From the IMG/VR virus record IMGVR_UViG_3300029468_000145: a stretch of DNA of 4,389 nt. One strand, given 5' to 3'. Positions 1 to 4,389 of this stretch are shown here, piece after piece. The position numbers and the translations under genes were made by a program. Source of the stretch: a virus (taxonomy: Duplodnaviria > Heunggongvirae > Uroviricota > Caudoviricetes). Every line of letters begins with the position of its first letter. Positions within the stretch are counted from its first letter, which is position 1. The notes under the pieces are model-generated. The model saw nothing but the letters and a program-made list of their open reading frames with translations, was not told the origin of the DNA and made no database searches.

Positions 1-18
1 GCTGAAATTACCGCTGCT

Positions 19-352
19 ATGGAAAATAAATTGAAGATCAACATGGAACGTCAGTGGCCTGAACCAAAAGATGGTGAGCCTCGTTTGCACATTAAAGAAC
101 CCGGCAACTCTCCGGTAACTCCGGATGGTTGGGTTATAGTGCCGAAGAAACTAACCGCTGAGAACGGCGCTAAGGGTGTGCTATCCGGTGAATTTTCAGA
201 AACTACGTTTATAAGCTGCCCGGAATGCTTTGGTGATGATGATTGCGAAACTTGTGACGGCAGCGGGAGAATCGAAATCAAGGTTCCAGTCAGTTGGACA
301 ACTATCAAAACTATTTGGGCTAAAGGGTGTGAGTACTTTTCAATAGTAGCAC
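19..352 (+). CDS. Hypothetical protein with a C-x2-C-x6-C-x2-C-x-G-x-G zinc-ribbon motif (DnaJ-like CxxCxGxG signature); C-terminus lost in the N gap, N-terminus may extend upstream of the window
   Basis: Frame-1 ORF is open from base 1 (no in-frame stop in 1-18) and the ATG at 19 has no obvious Shine-Dalgarno, so the true start may be upstream. Translation contains ...ISCPECFGDDDCETCDGSGRIEIK.... Composition looks protein-like, whereas the opposite-strand ORF 51-308 is S/P/L-rich. The ORF runs into the 42-N gap at 353, so the annotated end at 429 is not trustworthy. Confidence 0.45.
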
Positions 353-394
353 NNNNNNNNNNNNNNNNNNNNNNNNNNNNNNNNNNNNNNNNNN
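353..394. other. Run of 42 N: assembly/scaffold gap or masked sequence
   Basis: Uninterrupted N characters at 353-394. True length and content unknown; reading frames cannot be carried across it. Confidence 0.95.
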
Positions 395-444
395 TTTATA
401 ACTTAAAAGCATTAAAAAACCGCTTATAGATCAAAAGAAATCTA

Positions 445-478
445 CGTCAAATATTACTATATTTCAATGTGTTATAAT
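445..478 (+). promoter_or_regulatory. Candidate sigma70 promoter with extended -10 (TGtTATAAT at 470-478) for the downstream 80-aa ORF
   Basis: Perfect TATAAT hexamer at 473-478 preceded by TG at 470-471, in a strongly AT-rich stretch (395-480). No good -35 hexamer, which extended -10 promoters can tolerate. Predicted start about 484-487, 25 nt before the ATG at 511. Confidence 0.35.
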
Positions 479-510
479 TACCCCGTACATAAAATGGGGG
501 GGGACACAAA

Positions 511-753
511 ATGTTCAAACGCTGCATCACCAAGTGTGGAAGCACACCTGACATCCAAGCTTTTATTAATGAAGATGGTAAGCTTGTTGTTGAGAGGAGT
601 GGTCCTTTTATTAGCAAACAACTTATCATTACCTCTCCAGCGGAGATGGCCGGGGAATGGATAGTTTCTGAACCAGAGGAGTTGCACATCCCGCTTCCTT
701 ATGGCCCTCAGGGACTGATTTATAACCGTTATGTTCAGAAGGAGGCGGGTTGA
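511..753 (+). CDS. Hypothetical small protein (80 aa)
   Basis: ORF with ATG at 511, preceded by a G8 tract (496-503) 7 nt upstream that can pair with the anti-SD. The candidate extended -10 promoter lies just upstream. An in-frame stop at 490-492 fixes the start. Balanced amino-acid composition. The competing antisense ORFs (478-924, 447-689) are low-complexity and run through the promoter. No family recognised. Confidence 0.45.
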   Translation: MFKRCITKCGSTPDIQAFINEDGKLVVERSGPFISKQLIITSPAEMAGEWIVSEPEELHIPLPYGPQGLIYNRYVQKEAG

Positions 754-1032
754 CAATGTCAGGCATAACATCGCCGAGAAATCGAAAGAAAAACAGAACA
801 AGGTAAACGTTGACCTTGCAGCATCAGGCATGGAGTACAGAGAGCGCCTTAACATGCCTGTTATCACTGAGCAGGTATCATGAGAGCAACCTGAGCACTC
901 ACGCGAGTATTTCATGGAGCGCATCAGATACTATCGCGAGCAGTCGTTAAACATGCCCAAGGGAAGCAACCCATGGTATATCGATATGGATGAACAGAAC
1001 GCCAAGAAGTAAACGCAATTTGAACGAATGCG

Positions 1033-1058
1033 AACCCGCCGAGTGCGGGTTTTCTTTT
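1033..1058 (+). terminator. Intrinsic (rho-independent) terminator T1
   Basis: Stem ACCCGC (1034-1039) pairs with GCGGGT (1045-1050) around a 5-nt loop CGAGT, followed by T-run TTTTCTTTT (1050-1058). Lies 21 nt after the TAA at 1010-1012 that closes the frame-2 reading frame. Confidence 0.6.
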
Positions 1059-1063
1059 ATCTG

Positions 1064-1088
1064 AACTCGCTACGGCGAGTTTTGTTTT
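1064..1088 (+). terminator. Intrinsic terminator T2, tandem to T1
   Basis: Stem AACTCGC (1064-1070) pairs with GCGAGTT (1075-1081) around tetraloop TACG, followed by TTTGTTTT (1081-1088). Ends 3 nt before the GGAGA Shine-Dalgarno of the 1102 ORF. Confidence 0.55.
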
Positions 1089-1101
1089 ATGGAGACAAGA
1101 A

Positions 1102-1446
1102 ATGTCAGATTTGGCTATGAAAGTTTTGAAATGGCAATCGACTGGCGATGTTGGCATCAGTAGCGCAACTCTTGCCTCAATCGCATGTGGACTGAAAAAG
1201 AATATCTATGATCATGGCTTCGGTGCTCCACATGACGCAGCCGATTTCAGACGATGCGTTGCACTTGTTGAGCAGATTCCAGAAATCAGAGATTCATTCG
1301 ACAAGGTTGCAAAGCGCGTTCCGGCATTCAAAGGCATCCTCAACGAATGGGATTCTCTCGTTGCTCTGTTGAAGTCTGAAATGAAGATACACGGAAACAA
1401 AGCACCAGAGACTTACAGAAGAATCAGCGAGCTACGCAAGGACTAA
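1102..1446 (+). CDS. Hypothetical protein (114 aa), function unknown
   Basis: ATG at 1102 with GGAGA (1091-1095) 6 nt upstream; TAA stop at 1444-1446. Clean ORF with ordinary composition and no overlapping plausible alternative. I do not recognise a family from the sequence (MSDLAMKVLKWQSTGDVGISSATLASIACGLKK...). Confidence 0.65.
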   Translation: MSDLAMKVLKWQSTGDVGISSATLASIACGLKKNIYDHGFGAPHDAADFRRCVALVEQIPEIRDSFDKVAKRVPAFKGILNEWDSLVALLKSEMKIHGNKAPETYRRISELRKD

Positions 1447-1483
1447 CGCCTCACACTCGATGAGGCCTGTACATATCTGATAG

Positions 1484-1508
1484 AGCCGCTATATGGCGGT
1501 TTCTTTTT
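1484..1508 (+). terminator. Intrinsic terminator-like hairpin T3 directly upstream of the alpA-like gene
   Basis: Stem CCGC (1486-1489) pairs with GCGG (1496-1499), extendable by G-U/A-U pairs, loop ATAT(G), followed by TTTCTTTTT (1500-1508). A second hairpin without a T-run sits at 1448-1466 (GCCTCA/TGAGGC) right after the 1102-1446 stop. Confidence 0.5.
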
Positions 1509-1523
1509 GCCTGGAGAATTAAG

Positions 1524-1715
1524 ATGACCGATACCAGCCTGATTCCTGAGAAAGAAGTGATGAACAAGCTCGGTGTTTCATCACGTCAGACAATCTGGAA
1601 CTATACCAAACGGCACGGATTTCCGAAGCCAGTCAGAACCCACCCCAAATCATACCTTCGTGAAGCTGTTGAAGGGTGGATTCTTAACGGTGGCGTTAAT
1701 CAGAAATGCTCCTGA
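1524..1715 (+). CDS. alpA: AlpA/Vis-family small helix-turn-helix protein (prophage transcriptional regulator / excisionase-like), 63 aa
   Basis: ATG at 1524 with GGAGA (1513-1517) 6 nt upstream; TGA at 1713-1715. Translation has the characteristic AlpA/Xis-type HTH (...EVMNKLGVSSRQTIWNYTKRHGFPKPVR...YLREAVEGWI). Size and position next to a P4-type integrase fit this family. Confidence 0.75.
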   Translation: MTDTSLIPEKEVMNKLGVSSRQTIWNYTKRHGFPKPVRTHPKSYLREAVEGWILNGGVNQKCS

Positions 1716-2874
1716 TGTGCCAGAACAATTTATCAGCGTGAAGCTCATACGCTTTGCGCTGAGCCTCTATCCAGTCGTGTTTATTGTACACGGACATTAT
1801 CCCGCCAAGTTCATGACCGAGCATTCGCTCAGTAACATGAGGCTCGACATTCATCTCGGACAGACGTGTAACAAGCGTTCTTCTGAAATCGTGTGTTCGC
1901 CAGTAACCTAGATCCATCCCTCCCCTTATTCTATTTACGAATCGGTTGGCTGCAGCGATGCTGATCGGTTTGTTTATGTCTTCTCCAGGGAAAAGAACAT
2001 CATTGTACGTTGTCATGGCCTTTTCGAGAAAAGGCTTAATTTGTTCGAAGATTGGACGGCGGATAACATTACCCATCTTGCTATGCTCTTTCGGTACGGT
2101 CCATACGTTGTCCAGCAGGTCAAATTCTGTCTTTGTTGCCAGCCTAAGCTCTGAGAGCCTCGCCCCCCACAGCATAAGCATCTGATGAAGGAGCTTATTT
2201 GACGTAGACGCACGGCTTCTTTCAATAGCAAGCCAAATCTTAGCCAGTTCGTGATACGACAGTACCCGATCCCCTACCTCAGCGCGGGAGCCGAAGTCCC
2301 TTGGTTGGATGCTCATAATTGCGCAACTATCTATCAACTGACGTCGCATGCACCAACTTATTGCTGATCTTAGTTGACTTAGCACTTGCCTTGCTCGGCG
2401 TGGATTATCTCTTTCTTCTTCGGTAAGCAGGTCAACCCATTGCTTAACCGTGATAGAAGATGCCGGACGATTAGGAAAGGCGTCATGCATGCGCTTCATA
2501 ACCGTTGATCGGTAAAGTGCCTGGGTCTTTTCTCTGAGAGTTGTAGAGACGTAGTTGTCGAACCAGTAGTCGAGACACTGGGCGACCGTCATGGAGTTCT
2601 CCACCTTCTCTTCAAAATAAGTGCGTGGATCCGTTCCTGAGAAATAGAGCTTTCGCAAGTCAGCAGTGATCTGTCTGGCATCCTTCAAAGACAGGGATGG
2701 GTATCGACCAAGCCCAAGTCGATTAGGCTTGCCATGCCAGCGATAGCGGTACTGGAACTGGATGACCCCCTTCGGTGAAATTCGTACGCTGAGGCCATCG
2801 GCATCAGCCACTTCTTGTGGGCCCGAATATGGTTTACCATAAATAGTACGCAGTTTTGTGTCGCTTATAGCCAT
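1696..2874 (-). CDS. int: Site-specific tyrosine recombinase, P4-type phage integrase (392 aa)
   Basis: Full-length ORF on the minus strand. N-terminus MAISDTKLRTIYGKP... resembles the P4-integrase arm-binding domain. The C-terminal catalytic region has the recombinase signature: R in ...GARLSEL..., H-x-x-R in ...THDFRRT..., and the H/Y pair in ...LGHELGGIMSVYNKHD.... Stop is TAA (reverse complement of 1696-1698). Confidence 0.95.
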   Translation of the reverse strand: MAISDTKLRTIYGKPYSGPQEVADADGLSVRISPKGVIQFQYRYRWHGKPNRLGLGRYPSLSLKDARQITADLRKLYFSGTDPRTYFEEKVENSMTVAQCLDYWFDNYVSTTLREKTQALYRSTVMKRMHDAFPNRPASSITVKQWVDLLTEEERDNPRRARQVLSQLRSAISWCMRRQLIDSCAIMSIQPRDFGSRAEVGDRVLSYHELAKIWLAIERSRASTSNKLLHQMLMLWGARLSELRLATKTEFDLLDNVWTVPKEHSKMGNVIRRPIFEQIKPFLEKAMTTYNDVLFPGEDINKPISIAAANRFVNRIRGGMDLGYWRTHDFRRTLVTRLSEMNVEPHVTERMLGHELGGIMSVYNKHDWIEAQRKAYELHADKLFWHIRSISD

Positions 2875-3055
2875 AAATAATATTTGGTACGCTCAGAAAT
2901 AATGGTTTGGTACACATCTGGTACACAATATCACATGGACAACAGCGCACAGTAAACAACTATATTTGACGTTCGTAGACATACTCAGGTGAAAAAATGG
3001 TTGTTTTTCGAGTTATAACAGACAGTTAATTAACTACAGTGGACAATGCTAGACA
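2875..3055. promoter_or_regulatory. int-sbcB spacer: expected to hold the int promoter, the sbcB promoter and the element/chromosome junction (att)
   Basis: 181 bp between the divergent starts of int (2874, -) and sbcB (3056, +). Contains the repeat cluster above, a 12-bp perfect palindrome AGTTAATTAACT (3024-3035) and a tandem GACAATG (3042-3048, 3052-3058), the second including the sbcB ATG. No tRNA-like sequence. Individual promoter hexamers could not be assigned confidently. Confidence 0.4.
2883..2927. repeat. Cluster of direct repeats (TTTGGTAC x2; TGGTACACA x2) in the integrase 5' leader/promoter region; candidate Int arm-type or operator sites
   Basis: TTTGGTAC at 2883-2890 and 2906-2913; TGGTACACA at 2908-2916 and 2919-2927, 11 bp apart (one helical turn). 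All lie within 55 bp upstream of the int start codon. Confidence 0.45.
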
Positions 3056-4389
3056 ATGACAGACGCAGATAAACAACCTACCTTCCTCTTTCACGATTAC
3101 GAAACCTTTGGAACGCACCCCGCGTTAGATCGCCCTGCACAGTTCGCAGCCATTCGCACTGATAACGAATTCAATGTCATCGGCGAACCCGAAGTCTTTT
3201 ACTGCAAGCCCGCGGATGACTATTTACCCCAGCCTGGAGCAGTATTAATTACCGGTATTACCCCGCAGGAAGCACGGGCGAAAGGAGAAAACGAAGCCAC
3301 GTTTGCCGCCCGTATTCACTCGCTTTTTACCGTACCGAAGACCTGTATTCTGGGCTACAACAATGTGCGTTTCGACGACGAAGTCACACGCAACGTTTTT
3401 TATCGTAATTTCTACGATCCTTACGCCTGGAGCTGGCAGCATGATAACTCGCGCTGGGATTTACTGGATGTTATGCGTGCCTGTTATGCCCTACGCCCGG
3501 AAGGAATAAACTGGCCTGAAAATGATGACGGTCTACCGAGCTTTCGCCTTGAGCATTTAACCAAAGCGAATGGTATTGAACATAGCAACGCCCACGATGC
3601 GATGGCTGATGTGTACGCCACTATTGCGATGGCGAAACTGGTAAAAACGCGTCAGCCACGCCTGTTTGATTATCTCTTTACCCATCGTAATAAACACAAA
3701 CTGATGGCGTTGATTGATGTTCCGCAGATGAAACCCCTGGTTCACGTTTCCGGAATGTTTGGGGCATGGCGCGGCAATACCAGCTGGGTGGCACCGCTGG
3801 CGTGGCATCCTGAAAATCGCAATGCCGTAATTATGGTGGATTTGGCAGGAGACATTTCGCCATTACTGGAGCTGGATAGCGACACATTGCGCGAGCGTTT
3901 ATATACCGCAAAAGCCGATCTTGGCGATAACGCCGCCGTTCCGGTTAAGCTGGTGCATATCAATAAATGTCCGGTACTGGCCCAGGCGAATACGCTACGC
4001 CCGGAAGATGCCGACCGACTGGGAATTAATCGTCAGCATTGCCTCGATAACCTAAAAATTCTGCGTGAAAATCCGCAAGTGCGTGAAAAAGTGGTGGCGA
4101 TATTCGCGGAAGCCGAACCGTTTACGCCTTCAGAGAACGTGGATGCACAGCTTTATAATGGCTTTTTCAGTGACGCCGATCGTGCAGCAATGAAAATTGT
4201 GCTGGAAACCGAGCCGCGTAATTTACCGGCACTGGATATCACTTTTGTTGATAAACGAATTGAAAAACTGTTGTTCAATTATCGAGCACGCAACTTCCCG
4301 GGGACGCTGGATTATGCCGAGCAGCAACGCTGGCTGGAGCACCGCCGCCAGGTCTTCACGCCAGAGTTTTTGCAGGGCTACGCTGATGA
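3056..4389 (+). CDS. sbcB: Exodeoxyribonuclease I (exonuclease I), 3'-partial: the ORF runs off the end of the window
   Basis: ATG at 3056 with an in-frame TAG immediately upstream (3050-3052). Translation MTDADKQPTFLFHDYETFGTHPALDRPAQFAAIRTDNEFNVIGEP...NVRFDDEVTRN...HDAMADVYATIAMAKLVK... matches enterobacterial SbcB as I recall it, including the DEDDh exonuclease motifs. Frame is open for 444 codons to base 4389. The ORF track omits it only because it has no stop in the window. Confidence 0.95.
   Translation, partial: MTDADKQPTFLFHDYETFGTHPALDRPAQFAAIRTDNEFNVIGEPEVFYCKPADDYLPQPGAVLITGITPQEARAKGENEATFAARIHSLFTVPKTCILGYNNVRFDDEVTRNVFYRNFYDPYAWSWQHDNSRWDLLDVMRACYALRPEGINWPENDDGLPSFRLEHLTKANGIEHSNAHDAMADVYATIAMAKLVKTRQPRLFDYLFTHRNKHKLMALIDVPQMKPLVHVSGMFGAWRGNTSWVAPLAWHPENRNAVIMVDLAGDISPLLELDSDTLRERLYTAKADLGDNAAVPVKLVHINKCPVLAQANTLRPEDADRLGINRQHCLDNLKILRENPQVREKVVAIFAEAEPFTPSENVDAQLYNGFFSDADRAAMKIVLETEPRNLPALDITFVDKRIEKLLFNYRARNFPGTLDYAEQQRWLEHRRQVFTPEFLQGYAD

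Larger units (their letters stand above)
1..3055. mobile_element. Right-end portion of an integrated integrase-bearing element (P4-like satellite / PICI-type or other genomic island); left end lies outside the window and the exact right boundary is not resolved
   Basis: P4-type tyrosine integrase (1696-2874, -) read away from a junction only 181 bp upstream of the conserved chromosomal gene sbcB. An AlpA/Vis-family gene is convergent on int. Upstream are AT-rich small ORFs with no recognisable housekeeping function. The boundary must lie in roughly 2875-3080 but needs an empty-site comparison. Confidence 0.6.

Noticed and set aside
51-308. 85-aa minus-strand ORF opposite the zinc-ribbon ORF
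   Set aside because: S/P/L/G-rich translation typical of an antisense frame; the + strand frame carries the structured cysteine motif.
881-883. Selenocysteine insertion at the in-frame TGA
   Set aside because: No recognisable SECIS-like hairpin immediately downstream and no contextual reason to expect a selenoprotein. A pseudogene or two separate small ORFs are simpler explanations.
478-924. 148-aa ORF on the minus strand (and the 80-aa minus ORF 447-689, and + strand ORF 467-664)
   Set aside because: Antisense or out of frame relative to the better-supported 511-753 gene. Low-complexity S/L/C/R-rich translation, and they run through the promoter -10 and the G8 tract. Typical shadow ORFs.
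754-1030. Retron msr/msd or type III toxin-antitoxin RNA repeats in the ORF-poor stretch
   Set aside because: No flanking a1/a2 inverted repeats, no reverse transcriptase, and no tandem direct repeats of about 35 nt. Only short in-frame motif recurrences.
924-1400. Minus-strand ORFs 924-1157 and 1212-1400
   Set aside because: The first reads through both terminator hairpins and the 5' end of the 114-aa gene; the second is fully antisense to the 114-aa gene. No start signals.
1573-2231. ORFs 1573-1911 (+), 1946-2185 (+) and 2013-2231 (-) inside the integrase gene
   Set aside because: All lie within the full-length, motif-bearing integrase ORF in other frames or on the other strand. No independent start signals; treated as shadow ORFs.
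2875-3055. tRNA or tmRNA gene as integration target
   Set aside because: P4-type integrases normally sit beside a tRNA 3' end, so I looked for a T-loop-like GGTTCGAATCC, an acceptor stem or a CCA end. None found; the spacer is AT-rich repeat/palindrome sequence. A covariance-model search should confirm.
2953-3080. TAAACAAC(C)TA occurring at 2953-2962 and 3070-3080 as att core duplication
   Set aside because: An 8-9-bp repeat within about 120 bp is expected by chance at appreciable frequency in AT-rich sequence, and true att cores flank the whole element rather than one end. Not reported as a feature.
3245-3963. ORFs 3245-3442 (-), 3303-3509 (+), 3557-3808 (-), 3742-3963 (-)
   Set aside because: Contained within the conserved sbcB coding sequence in alternative frames or antisense. 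sbcB is unambiguous, so these are artefacts.
1-4389. CRISPR array or other long tandem repeat
   Set aside because: No regularly spaced repeats of 25-40 bp anywhere. The only repeats are short 8-9-mers in the int leader.

Overview
This 4.4-kb window is the right-hand end of an integrated mobile element joined to the chromosomal exonuclease I gene sbcB. No tRNA, rRNA or CRISPR array is visible. Reading right to left:

- **sbcB** (3056 to window end, + strand): 5' end complete, 3' end runs off the window.
- **Junction spacer** (2875-3055): 181 bp carrying clustered direct repeats and a 12-bp perfect palindrome.
- **P4-type tyrosine integrase** (1696-2874, - strand): transcribed away from the junction into the element.
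- **AlpA/Vis-family small HTH regulator/excisionase** (1524-1715, +): converges on the integrase and overlaps its 3' end by 20 bp.
- **Small + strand ORFs of unrecognised function**: 114 aa (1102-1446), 80 aa (511-753), and a zinc-ribbon protein (19-352) cut off by a 42-N gap (353-394).
- **Three intrinsic-terminator-like hairpins** sit directly in front of the ribosome-binding sites of the 114-aa gene and the alpA-like gene.
- **A ~350-bp stretch (754-1101) with no clean ORF**: it holds a frame that is open for 98 codons apart from one TGA, plus a 16-codon mini-ORF behind a perfect AGGAGG.

The integrase-proximal cargo genes are the part I cannot assign and are the best candidates for something new. 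Every functional statement about them is inference; I could run no searches.
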